From: Myxococcota bacterium
GTDB lineage: Bacteria > Myxococcota_A > UBA9160 > UBA6930
Reading direction: 5' to 3'
Assembly: GCA_965223415.1 (NCBI GenBank)
Contig: OZ245002.1
Location: 4,608,001 to 4,672,000, forward strand
Length of the DNA: 64,000 nucleotides
Under the pieces are notes generated by a model. The model did no database searches. It saw only the letters and a program-made list of their open reading frames with translations, and was not told where the DNA came from. How positions within the stretch are numbered: position 1 is the first letter of the stretch; every line of letters starts with the position of its first letter. The position numbers and the translations under genes were made by a program. Shown piece after piece: positions 30,792-44,579 of the stretch.

Positions 30792-32003
30792 ATGCCTGTC
30801 TACGTCTGGGAAGGTCGAACCCGCCAGGGGGGAACCAAGAAGGGCACGATCGAGGCGGCGAACGAAGCCGCGGTGATGACGCAGCTGCGTTCGCAGATGA
30901 TCATGCCGGTTTCGGTGAAGGCGAAGCCGAAGGATATCCTCGAGAACATCAGCCTCTTCAAGCCTTCGGTGAAGATCCGCGACCTGGTGATCTTCACACG
31001 GCAGTTCGCCACGATGATCGACGCGGGCCTGCCGTTGGTTCAGTGCCTCGACATCTTGTCGAGCCAGAACCCGAACAAGACGATGAAGGAGATCCTGCGC
31101 TCCATCAAGAACGACGTGGAGCAGGGAGCCACCTTCGCCGACGCGCTCGAGAAGCAGCCGAAGGTCTTCGACAATCTCTACGTGAACCTGGTCCGCGCCG
31201 GCGAGGTCGGCGGCATCCTGGACACGATCCTGAACCGCCTGGCGGTCTACCTGGAGAAGGCCGACTCCCTGCGCCGCAAGGTGAAGGGCGCGATGGTCTA
31301 CCCGACCACGGTCGTGCTCGTGTCCATCGCTGTCATCGGCCTCCTGCTGGTGAAGGTGATCCCGGTCTTCAAGAAGATGTTCGAGGACTTCGGCGGGGCA
31401 CTGCCCGCTCCGACGCAGATGGTCATCGACCTGAGCGAGTTCCTTCAGGAATGGCTGCTGATCATCCTCGCCGTCATCGCGGGCGTCCTGGTGCTGTTCT
31501 TCCAGGCCCGGAAGCGCTTCCGGGGCTTCCGCCTGCGCACCGACGCGATCTTCCTCAAGGTGCCGATCTTCGGGTCGCTGCTCCGGAAGGTGGCCGTCGC
31601 CCGCTTCACCCGGACCCTCGGCACGATGGTCTCGAGCGGCGTGCCCATCCTCGATGCCCTCGACATCTGCGCGAAGACCGCCGGCAACCTGGTGATCGAG
31701 AACGCGATCATGTCCACCCGGTCCGCGATTTCCGAGGGCCGCACGATGGCGGAGCCCCTCGAGGAGGCCGGCGTCTTCCCGGGCATGGTGGTCCAGATGA
31801 TCGCCGTCGGTGAGTCGACCGGTGCGATGGACACGATGCTCTCCAAGATCGCGGACTTCTACGACGAAGAGGTCGACAACGCGGTGGAGGCCCTGACCTC
31901 GCTCCTCGAGCCCCTGATGATGGTGTTCCTGGGCGGCGCGATCGGCGGCATCCTGATCGCGATGTACCTCCCGATCTTCAAGATCGCCGAGAGCATCAAG
32001 TAG
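30792..32003 (+). CDS. pilC: Type IV pilus platform protein
   Basis: FTRQFATMIDAGLP, AGEVGG.L, VGESTG, AMYLPIF. Confidence 0.97.
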   Translation: MPVYVWEGRTRQGGTKKGTIEAANEAAVMTQLRSQMIMPVSVKAKPKDILENISLFKPSVKIRDLVIFTRQFATMIDAGLPLVQCLDILSSQNPNKTMKEILRSIKNDVEQGATFADALEKQPKVFDNLYVNLVRAGEVGGILDTILNRLAVYLEKADSLRRKVKGAMVYPTTVVLVSIAVIGLLLVKVIPVFKKMFEDFGGALPAPTQMVIDLSEFLQEWLLIILAVIAGVLVLFFQARKRFRGFRLRTDAIFLKVPIFGSLLRKVAVARFTRTLGTMVSSGVPILDALDICAKTAGNLVIENAIMSTRSAISEGRTMAEPLEEAGVFPGMVVQMIAVGESTGAMDTMLSKIADFYDEEVDNAVEALTSLLEPLMMVFLGGAIGGILIAMYLPIFKIAESIK

Positions 32004-32012
32004 TCGGACGCC

Positions 32013-33730
32013 ATGGAGGGCGGAACGGCGCCGGCCCAGAGGAGGACGGAGGGCCCGACGGCGCCGGCCCAGGCCCTTCGCACCCGCCTGCTGCGGGTGA
32101 TGGCCGCGCGCCTCGGCATCTGTGTCGGGGCGCTGGCCCTGGCGCTCACCCTGGTGGGCGCCGGCCGGCTGACGACCGAGACCGCCGAGCTCGGACTCTA
32201 CGGCACGCTCGGCATCGCGTTCTTCGCGACGGCGGTGTACTCGGGTCTCCTGCCCTTCGTGCGGGCGGTGCGGCGCTTCGCGGGCATCCAGCTCGTCACG
32301 GACCTCGCCCTGGTCACCGCCCTGGTGACCTTCTCCGGCGGCGCCGAGTCGATCTTCAGCTTCCTCTACCTGCCGGTCGTGGTCTTCGGCGGCCTGCTCT
32401 TCGATCGGCCCGGGGGCTACGGCACCGCCGGCGGCGCCTCGGCCGGCTTCGCCGTGGGCATCCTGATGGCGATGGGGCTGCCCGCCGGCGGGCTCGGTGC
32501 CGCGCCGGCGGAGTTCGCCTTCACGCTCTGGGGCGTGCACACCGGCGCCATGCTCGTGGTCGCGCTCTTCGCGACCGGCCTGACCCGCGAGCTTCGCCGG
32601 GTCGGCGAGCAGCTCGAAGCCAGCACGAGCGATCTCGCCGAGCTGCGCTCCCTGCACCAGCGCATCGTGGAGAGCCTGACCAGCGGCGTCCTCACCACCG
32701 ACCCGGCCGGGCGCGTGACCTCCTTCAACCCGGAGGCCGCCCACATCACCGGCCGGAGGGCGGAAGACGCCCTGGGTGCCCGCATCGAAGACGTCCTGCC
32801 GGGGATCGAGGAGATCGCCGCTTCCAGCCTCTCGGGCCGGCGCCGAGCCCGCTTCCGCTTCGAGCGCTCGGACGGCGAAGAGCGCTACCTCGGGGTGGCG
32901 CTTTCGAACCTGCAGCACGGCGAGGCCGGCGCGGGGGGCTGGGTGGTGATCTTCCAGGACGTCACCGAGGTCGTGCGGCTCGAGGGTGCGCTCGAGCACC
33001 GGGCCCGCCTGGCGGGCATCGGCGAGCTCTCCGCGTCGATCGCCCACGAGATCCGCAATCCTCTCGCCGCGATCTCCGGCTCCGTCGAGATGCTGCGGGC
33101 GACGCTGCCGCGGGAGCAGGCGGACGGGGAGGGCGGACGCCTGATGGGCATCGTGCTGCGGGAGATCGACCGGCTGAACCACCTCATCACCGACTTCCTG
33201 CAGTACGCTCGTCCCGCGCCGCCCAAGAAGGAGCGGGTCGACCTGGGCCGGCTCACCCGGCAGGTGGCGGAGACCTTCGGCGCGGGCCTCGGCGAGGACG
33301 TCCGGCTCGACCTCTCGCTGGCGCCGGGCTGCTTCGTGAACGCGGACAGCAAGCAGCTGCAGCAGCTGCTCTGGAACCTCCTGGGCAACGCGCGAGACGC
33401 GCTGGCCGGGCCGGGCCGGCTCGGCCTCCGCGTCGCCCTGGTGGGGGCGCCGCCGGGCCCTCAAGACCGCCCCGCTGCGCGCCGAAACGAAGGCCTGGAG
33501 GGCGCCCGCGTCGTGGAGCTCGTGGTTTCGGACAACGGTGTGGGGATTTCGCCGCGGGTGCAGGAGCGGATCTTCGATCCGTTCTTCACCACGCGCGAGG
33601 AGGGCACGGGCCTCGGGCTCGCGATCGTGCACCGCATCGCCCAGCACCACGAGGGCGCGGTGCAGGTGGCGAGCCGTGAAGGTGCTGGAACCGAGTTCCG
33701 CGTGACCTTCCCGGCCGGCGAGCCTCCGGC

Positions 33731-33734
<4 letters not shown>
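32013..33734 (+). CDS. pilS: Sensor kinase PilS
   Basis: Multi-TM N-terminus with GG.ES.F.FLY, PAS, AHEIRNPL; follows pilC. Confidence 0.88.
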
Positions 33735-35116
<1,382 letters not shown>

Positions 35117-35119
35117 GGC

Positions 35120-36640
<1,521 letters not shown>

Positions 36641-36747
36641 AGCAGGCTGCGGACCCCGCAGCCCATTGCGCAGCGCGGGCGCTCGTTCCCCGGCCTTCGA
36701 CCTACGGAAAGCTCAAGAAGATCCGCGGCTTGGCCGATTTCGGGAGG

Positions 36748-36762
36748 TGGCATGGCCCTTGC
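36748..36762 (+). promoter_or_regulatory. sigma54 -24/-12 promoter of the minor pilin operon
   Basis: TGGCATG-GCCC-TTGC. Confidence 0.8.
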
Positions 36763-36807
36763 GACGGCCATGCCGAGCGCGCCCGGTCCGGGCGAGGAGT
36801 CTCCCAG

Positions 36808-37491
36808 GTGCATCGACGCCAAGCCGCCTTCACGATGTTCGAGCTGATGATGGTCCTCGCGATCATCGCAATCGTGGCCGCGCTGGGCGCGACCAGCTGG
36901 CGGGAGATGCAGCAGAACAACAAGACGAAGTTCATGGCCCGCCAGATCGCCGGTGCCGTCGAGCTCGCGCGCTCCCACGCCATCCAGGAAGAGGCGTTCT
37001 ACGGCGTCTACGTGAGTCTCGGCGCCGGACGCAACCAGGATCTTTGCGGAAACGTGCTCCCGGCGAACCAGCCGGTCACGGTCTTCCTCGACAACGTCAC
37101 CCAGAACTGCTGCATCGATGCCGGCGAGATCCAGGTGAACTTCCCGACGGATGCGAACGTCGCGACCAGTCTCGCCTGGGGCGCCACCTGGGCGGCCGCA
37201 CCGGTGCCGACGGACCAGGGAGCGACGCCGGCCAATCTCGCCCAGGGCACCACCTTCCCGTTCATCTCCGCCGGAACCGCACCCATGCTGCTGATCCGCC
37301 CCGACGGCGTGCCGGTCCAGCCAGACGCTGTGTGCAACGCCGGAAACGTGGGCACCGGCACCGGAGGCTTCTACCTCACGACCGGGACCACGGCGCCGGC
37401 CGATGCCCGGGACTATGCCGTCGTGATCTCACCGCTGGGCGCGACGCGGATCCACAGCTTCGAGCGGGGGACCGCCACATGGACGAACTGA
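36808..37491 (+). CDS. fimU: FimU/FimT-like minor pilin
   Basis: Prepilin signal RRQAA|FTMFELMMVLAII; LARSHAI; GTG start with AGGAG RBS. Confidence 0.75.
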   Translation: MHRRQAAFTMFELMMVLAIIAIVAALGATSWREMQQNNKTKFMARQIAGAVELARSHAIQEEAFYGVYVSLGAGRNQDLCGNVLPANQPVTVFLDNVTQNCCIDAGEIQVNFPTDANVATSLAWGATWAAAPVPTDQGATPANLAQGTTFPFISAGTAPMLLIRPDGVPVQPDAVCNAGNVGTGTGGFYLTTGTTAPADARDYAVVISPLGATRIHSFERGTATWTN

Positions 37492-37961
37492 CGCGGCACG
37501 AACCGATGCGCCGGGAGCACCGCCGCCGGGCAGGCCTCTCGATGATCGAGGTGATGATGGCGCTGAGCATCCTCGCCGGCGGTCTGCTCGTCATGCTCAG
37601 CATGCAGATCCAGGCCATGAACGGCGGCCGCCACGGGCGCAACGCCACCGAGGCGGCGCAGATCGCCCAGGCGCAGATGGCGCGGCTGCATCACCAGGAC
37701 TTCACGACCCTGGCCGCCACCGGCGGCTGGACCGTGGTGGTCCCGGTCACCGGAGCGGTGACCGGCGGCGGTGGCGCTGCCGCGAGCACCGGCCAGCAGT
37801 ACCAGCTCGACTGGATGGTCAGTCAGAACCCGGATCCGAATCCGGCCATCATCGCCGACACCTGGCAGATCGACGTTCGCGTGCGCTGGGCGGACCCGAA
37901 CGCCAGGCCCGGCGTCCCCCTGCGCTCCTACGTCATCTCCAGCATCCGATACGACGACTGA
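37479..37961 (+). CDS. pilV: PilV-like minor pilin
   Basis: RRRAG|LSMIEVMMALSIL; C-terminal V.VRW. Confidence 0.75.
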   Translation: MDELTRHEPMRREHRRRAGLSMIEVMMALSILAGGLLVMLSMQIQAMNGGRHGRNATEAAQIAQAQMARLHHQDFTTLAATGGWTVVVPVTGAVTGGGGAAASTGQQYQLDWMVSQNPDPNPAIIADTWQIDVRVRWADPNARPGVPLRSYVISSIRYDD

Positions 37962-37970
37962 GGGGACGTC

Positions 37971-39086
37971 ATGATCACCCACGACAAGCAGCTGCGCGGG
38001 TTCTCGCTGATCGAGATGATGGTCTCGATGGCCATCCTCGCGCTGATCACCGTCTACCTCACGGACATGCTGCTGCGGCAGAGCCGTACCTACACCGTCG
38101 TCGACCAGGTGACGGAGATGCAACAGAACACGCGGGTCGTCTCGGACATCCTCGAGCGCGAGCTCCGCACCACCGGCTTCATGACCGAGGAGTCCGGCGT
38201 GTTCTGCGGAGTCGACCTCCTGGCCGCGCCGGACATCGTCGTCGTGAGCGACGCCACGGTCTTCGATCCCACCGACCAGTCGGCCTCGAACATGGGCGTC
38301 GACATCACCGACGCCGACTACAGCGGCGCCGGTATCGATACCTTCAACGTGGCGGACACCTCCTTGGAGGGCACGCCCTTCTACGACGTGGACGGCGACA
38401 ATACCCCGGACAGCGACTTCTTCGACGTGCAGCCGCCCGCGGGCGCCGGCATGCCGACGGACCAGTCCGGCGGCGTCATCGTCTACGACAGCACAAACCC
38501 GTCCTGGGGCGTGCGTTGCGGACGGATCGTCCCGGGCTCGGTGACCGCCACCCGCATCCAGGTCGACTGGACCTTCGGGATGCCCGCGGTCATCCCGCTG
38601 CCCGGTGCGATCCCGGTTCCCGGCGATCTCTACATGCTCCCCGCCACGGTCTACCAGGTGGACCAGCCGGCCGGAATCGCCGCCCCGCCCGCCACCTCTC
38701 GCCTCCTTCGCAACGGCCTCGCAATCGTGGAAGACGTGGAGGACATGCAGGTCGCGATGTGGTTCGACCTGGACAACGACGATGTCCAGGATGCCGGTGA
38801 GTACCTGGGCGCCCGCACCATCCCGGTGGCCGATCCGCTGGCCGGCGTCCAGTTCCGACAGAACGAGAGGGACAACCGGCTCCTTCGCGAGGTGCGCGTG
38901 AACCTCATGCTGCGCACCCGCCAGCAGGACCCGAACGTGATCGCCAACGCGCTGCAGCCCCAAGGGCAGTACCAGAACCTCGAGAACCGCAACACGCCGG
39001 TTCCCGTGGCCGACGCCTTCGTGCGCCGGGTCCAGACGCTGACCGTCCGGCCGCGCAACGTGGGCCACCGCATCAACAGCCTGTGA
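37971..39086 (+). CDS. pilW: PilW-like minor pilin
   Basis: LRG|FSLIEMMVSMAI; MQQN.R...LERELR..GF; EDVEDMQV. Confidence 0.8.
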   Translation: MITHDKQLRGFSLIEMMVSMAILALITVYLTDMLLRQSRTYTVVDQVTEMQQNTRVVSDILERELRTTGFMTEESGVFCGVDLLAAPDIVVVSDATVFDPTDQSASNMGVDITDADYSGAGIDTFNVADTSLEGTPFYDVDGDNTPDSDFFDVQPPAGAGMPTDQSGGVIVYDSTNPSWGVRCGRIVPGSVTATRIQVDWTFGMPAVIPLPGAIPVPGDLYMLPATVYQVDQPAGIAAPPATSRLLRNGLAIVEDVEDMQVAMWFDLDNDDVQDAGEYLGARTIPVADPLAGVQFRQNERDNRLLREVRVNLMLRTRQQDPNVIANALQPQGQYQNLENRNTPVPVADAFVRRVQTLTVRPRNVGHRINSL

Positions 39087-39112
39087 GCGACGCGGTCAGG
39101 ACAGGAGACACC

Positions 39113-39691
39113 ATGAACCACCCCGAGCGACGACGAGAACGAGGCGCGGCGATGTTCGTCGCGGTGCTGATGCTCGTGCTGATGGGCTGGATGGGCATGG
39201 CGTCGATGAACTCGGTGACCCGCGACAACCAGGTGGCAGGCTTCCAGAACCGCAACGAGAACGCCTTCTTCGCCGCCGAGGCCGGCGTCGCCTACGCCCG
39301 GGCGGTGGTCGAGCACGAGATCGGGGACATTTCCGATCTTCCGGGAGTGGGGTCGGTCCCGGCCTTCCCCACGCAGACGGCTCCCACCATGATCAGTCAG
39401 GTGGGTGCCTACACGGCGTGGCAGAACGCGGCCACCGCCGGTAACGAGCTGCCGCGCTACTACGGCGACCCGAACCCTCCGGATCCGACCAACCCCCAGC
39501 CGATTCACTACTTCGGCCCCGGCGAGATCATGGACGGAGACGACCTGGCCGTCGGCTCGGCCCAACGTTGGGGAACCCTGTGGCGCATCAACGTGGTCGG
39601 GCAGAGCCCGAACGCCTTGGGTGCGGGCTTTGGCAGCGGCGGCTCCACGGCGCGTCTCGACGTCGTGACCGTCAAGCCGATGATGCGATAG
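39113..39691 (+). CDS. pilX: PilX-like minor pilin
   Basis: RERG|AAMFVAVLML (no Glu5); AFFAAEAG. Confidence 0.82.
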   Translation: MNHPERRRERGAAMFVAVLMLVLMGWMGMASMNSVTRDNQVAGFQNRNENAFFAAEAGVAYARAVVEHEIGDISDLPGVGSVPAFPTQTAPTMISQVGAYTAWQNAATAGNELPRYYGDPNPPDPTNPQPIHYFGPGEIMDGDDLAVGSAQRWGTLWRINVVGQSPNALGAGFGSGGSTARLDVVTVKPMMR

Positions 39692-39719
39692 CGCGCGACA
39701 CCGCGCGCAGGGAGGGGAC

Positions 39720-40721
39720 ATGGGATTCGTGAAGCGCGGGCGCTGGCTCGCTCTGGGCGCGTCGGTCGTTCTGGCGGCCTGTGGCGCGGAAGAGGTGCCG
39801 ACGGGAGCGGGCAGCAAGCCGATGGTGGCCGGCGCCGAGGCGAGCGACGCGGTGGAGGCCGCCAGCTCGGACGAAGCGCCGGTGATCGGCCGCCTGGACG
39901 TGTCGCCGCGTGAGATCGCGCCGGGCCGCGAGCTGCGGGTCGTGGCTGAGGCGCGGGATCCCGAGGGCGGCCCCGTGCGCTTCGAGTTCGTGTGGGAGCG
40001 CAACGGGCGCGAGGTGAAGCGGACCCACGAGCCGGCGATGACCTTCTTCGACGTCCAGAAGGGCGACACCGTGACGCTGACGGCCGTCGCGAGCGACGGG
40101 CGGAACGCGAGCGCGCCGGTGCGCACCCGTCTCACCGTGGGCAATCGGCCACCGGTGCTCCAGGGCTTGTCGCTCGATCCGGCGGAGGACGTTCGCGCGG
40201 GAATGAAGGTCACCGCCACGCCCGAAGGCCAGGATCCGGACAACGACGAGCTCGAGTTCGTCTACCGCTGGACCGTGAACGGAGCGCTCCGCGGGGAAGA
40301 GCGGACCTTCGATACGACGGGGCTCCGGCGCGGCGATCGCATCGGCCTCGAGGTGCAGGCCTCCGACGGAGATCGGCAGAGCCAGCCCTACTCGATCGAG
40401 ACCGAGCTCGGGAACACGCCGCCGGTGATCGCCTCGGAAGGGGAGACGACCGCGCCGGACGGGACCTACCAGCACCAGTTCGCCGCCGAGGACGTGGACG
40501 GCGATCGCAACCTGCGCTTCTTCCTCGAGGCCGGTCCGTCGGGCATGAGCATGGACGGCATCACCGGGGAACTGCGCTGGCGGCCCACGGAAGGCCAGGG
40601 CGGGCGGCACGACATCGTGGTCGGTGTCAAGGACGCCAGCGGCGACGCCACGACCTTCTCGTTCGCGGTGGACGTGGACATGCGCTCCGAGGAAGCGGCG
40701 CCCGCGGCGCCGGCGCCCTGA
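39720..40721 (+). CDS. Lipoprotein with about 3 Ig-like/cadherin-like repeats
   Basis: Lipobox LAA|C; repeats DPEGG..FEFVWERNG, DPDND..FVYRWTVNG, GPSGMS.D..TG.L.W. Confidence 0.75.
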   Translation: MGFVKRGRWLALGASVVLAACGAEEVPTGAGSKPMVAGAEASDAVEAASSDEAPVIGRLDVSPREIAPGRELRVVAEARDPEGGPVRFEFVWERNGREVKRTHEPAMTFFDVQKGDTVTLTAVASDGRNASAPVRTRLTVGNRPPVLQGLSLDPAEDVRAGMKVTATPEGQDPDNDELEFVYRWTVNGALRGEERTFDTTGLRRGDRIGLEVQASDGDRQSQPYSIETELGNTPPVIASEGETTAPDGTYQHQFAAEDVDGDRNLRFFLEAGPSGMSMDGITGELRWRPTEGQGGRHDIVVGVKDASGDATTFSFAVDVDMRSEEAAPAAPAP

Positions 40722-40843
40722 GCGCCGGCCCGGCCCGCAGCCGCTTGCGCACCGCGCAGCGGACTGCGCAGCCCGCGCTGCGGACACGATCCCGGAGTTG
40801 AGGAAAGCCCAATTGTTTCAGCCACTTATGTCCGTCTCGCTGG

Positions 40844-40859
40844 TGGCACGGCGCTTGCT
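40844..40859 (+). promoter_or_regulatory. sigma54 -24/-12 promoter of pilY1
   Basis: TGGCACG-GCGC-TTGCT (matches consensus). Confidence 0.85.
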
Positions 40860-40902
40860 CCCAAGCAGGACGCGCGCTGGCCGCGCAAGCCAGGAGAACC
40901 CC

Positions 40903-43900
40903 ATGCAGGCTCCCACCTTCGCTCGCACCGTGACCCTCGTGGTCGCTGCCGCCTTCCTCGCGGCCGGCACGGCCCAGGCCCAGGTCGACGACCAGGCGCT
41001 CTTCACGACGGCGGTGCCCCCGAACGTCGTGCTGCTCGTGGATAACTCGGGATCCATGCACCACGTGGTCTGGCACCCGGCCTACGACCCGGCCGTCGCG
41101 AACACCTGCACGTACTTCACGGACACGACCACGTCCCAGTACTTCGTCGGCCCCTGGTCCGGCGACACCTTCCCGGACGGCGGCGGCGACACCACCTTCC
41201 AGGACGGCACCTACGCCATCGTCAGTGCCGGATGCACCGCCTCGGCTCGAGAGATCTTCGCCGACCCCGCGGTCACGACTTCCGTCAACTGGACGCGTTG
41301 GACGGGCCACTACCTGAACTGGTACTACAGCTCCGCCGCCGATCCTTACGTGTCCGAGATCGTGGCGGTGAACAACGGCGTGTTCTCGAGCTGTGTGGGC
41401 GGGGGCACCTACGATCTCCACCGGCGAGCGCGCATCAACGCGGCCAAGCAGATCCTCCGGGAGGTCATCTGCCAGGTGAACGCTTCCGGCTCCGTCCGCT
41501 TCGGCATGGCGCAGTTCCGTCGTGGCTCGGATGGCCTGGGAATACTCCCGAACGGCGGCTACGTGTCCGTGCCCGCCGAGGACTACCACGACAACCTGGG
41601 CAACCCGTACTCGTACACGCTGAACGGGATCACGCAGCCCCACGGCGATCATCTTGACGACGCCATCGACAACCTGACAGGGGAATCCTGGACGCCCCTC
41701 GCCGAGACCCTGTTCCAGATCTATACCTATTTCCAGAGCCGCGTTGCGAGCGACCGAGTGCCCGGCGCGAACTCGGGGACGTTCCCGGAGTACGAGTACG
41801 AGCCCAGTCACGCATCGAACGGTGCCTACAACATCTCCGGTGCACCGACGGTGCCCGACAGCCCGGTCCAGTACGAGTGCCAGAAGAACTTCGTCGTCGT
41901 GATCACCGACGGCGAGCCGACTCGCGACGACTTCACGAATGACGACGCGAGTGGGGGGACGGACGCGACCGACCAGGGCTTCGCCCAGTTCGGGAACCTG
42001 ATCGGCGACTACATCCCCCTCGACGAAGCAGAGACGCCTGGCTGGTGCTGCAACGGCAGCATGTATCTGGACGATGTCGCCAAGTTCATGCACGACAAGG
42101 ACCTGCGTCCGGACCTCCCGCCCCACGCCGGGCAGGAGCAGACGATGGACATCTACACGGTGGGTTTCACGACCTCGCCTTTCGCCGACGACATTCTCAA
42201 GCGGGCAGCCCTGGCAGGTGGCGGGCGTTTCTACCGCAGCAACGATCCTGAGTCCCTTGCCAAGGATCTCGTCCTGGCCATTACGGACATCCTGCTGAAG
42301 TCCCAAGCGTTCACTTCGGCCACCGTTCCTGCGGGTCGCGCCAGTTCCGACGAGCGCCTCTACACCAGCGACTTCATCCCGAGCACGAAGGACGGATTCT
42401 GGCAGGGCCACCTGCGTTCCTGGAAGATCAACTCCGCGGCGCAGATCCTCGACAAGTTCGACAACTGCGCCCTGGACGACCCCCAGTGCCGCTCGGGCGA
42501 CTTCCTCGCCTCCGCAGTGCCCTTCTGGGACGCCGCGCAGACGATCGCCAACGCCGGTGAGCCCGCGCGCAACCTCTACATGTCCCATCCCAACGGCGCC
42601 GGCACGGCGCCCGTCGTCGAGACCTTCGACATGGGTACGGTGACCGACGTGGACCTGGGCGTCACCGTGGCCGACATCGCTACCTACGACTTCGGCAGCT
42701 ACCCGCCGCCTACGACGGCCCAGGGCCTGGCGGACATGGTGGTGGAGGCGATTCGCGGTTGCGAGTTGGGCAGCACGGACACGAACTGTCTGCAGCGGAA
42801 GTGGCTCCTGGGTGACATCTTCCACTCCAATCCTACCGTGGTGAAGTACCCGGACGGCTTCAGTACGAAGCTCTCCTACAAGAACTTCGCCTCCAACTTC
42901 GCGACGCGAGACAAGGTGATCCTGGCCGGCAGCAACGCGGGCTTCCTGCACATCCTTCATGCGGGGAGCTGGGACCCGGCGCTGAACTTCGGCAAGGGAG
43001 CGTATGACAACGGCACGGGCGCGGAAGTTGCCGGCTTCATGCCGTGGCAGGCGCGGCAGAACGCCAAGGAGCTGCCGCGGGACGACAAGACCCGCGACTA
43101 CTACTTCGTGGACGGAGCGCCGGCGGTCGCCGACGCCTTCCTTCCGGCGAACCCTCGCACGGGCGACCTGAACGACCCGACGGCCTGGACCGACTGGAAG
43201 ACCGTGGCGGTCACCGGCATGCGCCAGGGGGGCCGCCAGTACCTGGCTCTCGACGTGACCGACCCGTCCGGCGGCACCGCCTGCGCCGAGTCGAGCTCGC
43301 CGAGCTACCCCTGCTACCTGTGGGAGTTCCCGAACGAGCTCGACACAAGAAGCCACGTCGGCTTCATGGGTGAGACCTGGTCCGAGCCGGTCATCGCCAA
43401 GGTGAAGGTGGACGACGGTACGGTGCCCGGCGGCTACGGCCGCTACGTGGCGATCGTGGGCTCCGGCTACGACGTCAAGAGCGACCCGAACGTCCACACG
43501 AGCTACGACCCGACCGCGAACGAGGGTCGCGCGATCATGATGATCGATGTGGCTACGGGCGAGCTCCTGGCGATGAAGAAGTTCGACAACTCCGACAAGG
43601 CACCGACCACGGATCCGGCCACCTACAGCTATGACCCGATGGACCCGGAGAAGAGCATGTTCTTCTCCTTCGCGGCCCAGCCCGGCGTCTTCGACGTCGA
43701 CTTCGACGGCTACGTGGACGTGATCCTGATCGGCGACCTGGGTGGCAACATCTGGAAGTGGGTCGTGAAGAGCGTCGGCGAGGACCCGGTGCTGAACGGC
43801 GCCATGACCACGGCCCAGCCGAGCTGGCCCTTCGCCCGCTACTTCCAGGCGCCGAGCTACTACGACTCGGGCAGTGGCAACCGGTTCTGGAAGAGCATCT

Positions 43901-44541
43901 TCTTCCGCCCGGGCCTCACCCGGATCAGCGGGACCTACTGGATGGCCTTCGGGACCGGCCAGCGGGCGAACCTGCAGTGGGCCGGTATCGCTGGCACCAC
44001 GGCGGACGACTCGCGCCTCTACTCAATGAAGGACTACGACCTCCTCCTGAACTCGAACCCGAATCCGACCACGCTGACCGAAGCGGATCTTGACGGGGTG
44101 ACCCCTGGGGCCGGGGACTACACCACGACTCTCGGGACGTGCACTTCCCCCAGTGGCCGTGGATTCTACGTTCGGGGCGTAGGCGCGGGGGAGAAGTTCG
44201 TGACGCAGACGGTGGTGTTCTCGAAGTTCGTGATCTCCGCATCCTTCACTCCGGCAACAGTGACAACCTGCGGTGCGGCGGGCGACGCGACCCTGTACAC
44301 CTATTCCATCACCTGCGGTCGGGGACTGACGGTGAAGAACTCGGTGACGGGTACTACCTCCATTATCGTGAAGTCCGACATGGGAGACGGCATGCCTTCC
44401 AACCCGCAGGTGAGCATGGACAACCAGTCCGGAGACACGACCGTGATCGTCCGGCTCCAGGACGGGGCCATCTGGCAGCCGCCGGGTGACATCCCCGGCG
44501 CCGGCGACGGCATTGGTCAGCACTACTGGCGAGAGCTCTAG
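40903..44541 (+). CDS. pilY1: PilY1 tip adhesin (vWA domain plus beta-propeller)
   Basis: Signal peptide; MIDAS LVDNSGSM, ITDGEP; LGDIFHS.P, GETWSEP, Ca loop DVDFDGYVD, C-terminal YWREL. Confidence 0.9.
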   Translation: MQAPTFARTVTLVVAAAFLAAGTAQAQVDDQALFTTAVPPNVVLLVDNSGSMHHVVWHPAYDPAVANTCTYFTDTTTSQYFVGPWSGDTFPDGGGDTTFQDGTYAIVSAGCTASAREIFADPAVTTSVNWTRWTGHYLNWYYSSAADPYVSEIVAVNNGVFSSCVGGGTYDLHRRARINAAKQILREVICQVNASGSVRFGMAQFRRGSDGLGILPNGGYVSVPAEDYHDNLGNPYSYTLNGITQPHGDHLDDAIDNLTGESWTPLAETLFQIYTYFQSRVASDRVPGANSGTFPEYEYEPSHASNGAYNISGAPTVPDSPVQYECQKNFVVVITDGEPTRDDFTNDDASGGTDATDQGFAQFGNLIGDYIPLDEAETPGWCCNGSMYLDDVAKFMHDKDLRPDLPPHAGQEQTMDIYTVGFTTSPFADDILKRAALAGGGRFYRSNDPESLAKDLVLAITDILLKSQAFTSATVPAGRASSDERLYTSDFIPSTKDGFWQGHLRSWKINSAAQILDKFDNCALDDPQCRSGDFLASAVPFWDAAQTIANAGEPARNLYMSHPNGAGTAPVVETFDMGTVTDVDLGVTVADIATYDFGSYPPPTTAQGLADMVVEAIRGCELGSTDTNCLQRKWLLGDIFHSNPTVVKYPDGFSTKLSYKNFASNFATRDKVILAGSNAGFLHILHAGSWDPALNFGKGAYDNGTGAEVAGFMPWQARQNAKELPRDDKTRDYYFVDGAPAVADAFLPANPRTGDLNDPTAWTDWKTVAVTGMRQGGRQYLALDVTDPSGGTACAESSSPSYPCYLWEFPNELDTRSHVGFMGETWSEPVIAKVKVDDGTVPGGYGRYVAIVGSGYDVKSDPNVHTSYDPTANEGRAIMMIDVATGELLAMKKFDNSDKAPTTDPATYSYDPMDPEKSMFFSFAAQPGVFDVDFDGYVDVILIGDLGGNIWKWVVKSVGEDPVLNGAMTTAQPSWPFARYFQAPSYYDSGSGNRFWKSIFFRPGLTRISGTYWMAFGTGQRANLQWAGIAGTTADDSRLYSMKDYDLLLNSNPNPTTLTEADLDGVTPGAGDYTTTLGTCTSPSGRGFYVRGVGAGEKFVTQTVVFSKFVISASFTPATVTTCGAAGDATLYTYSITCGRGLTVKNSVTGTTSIIVKSDMGDGMPSNPQVSMDNQSGDTTVIVRLQDGAIWQPPGDIPGAGDGIGQHYWREL

Positions 44542-44579
44542 CCCCCGAATCACCTCTCGAGGAGATGGGAGATCCGATC

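Noticed and set aside
36808..36850. FimU prepilin site has Ala instead of Gly at -1 (possible pseudogene)
   Set aside because: Ala at -1 is tolerated by prepilin peptidases; Phe1, Glu5 and the hydrophobic helix are intact.
39657..39683. Additional sigma28-like site TCGA-N15-GCCGATGA before the lipoprotein gene
   Set aside because: Weak match in both boxes and inside the pilX coding sequence.
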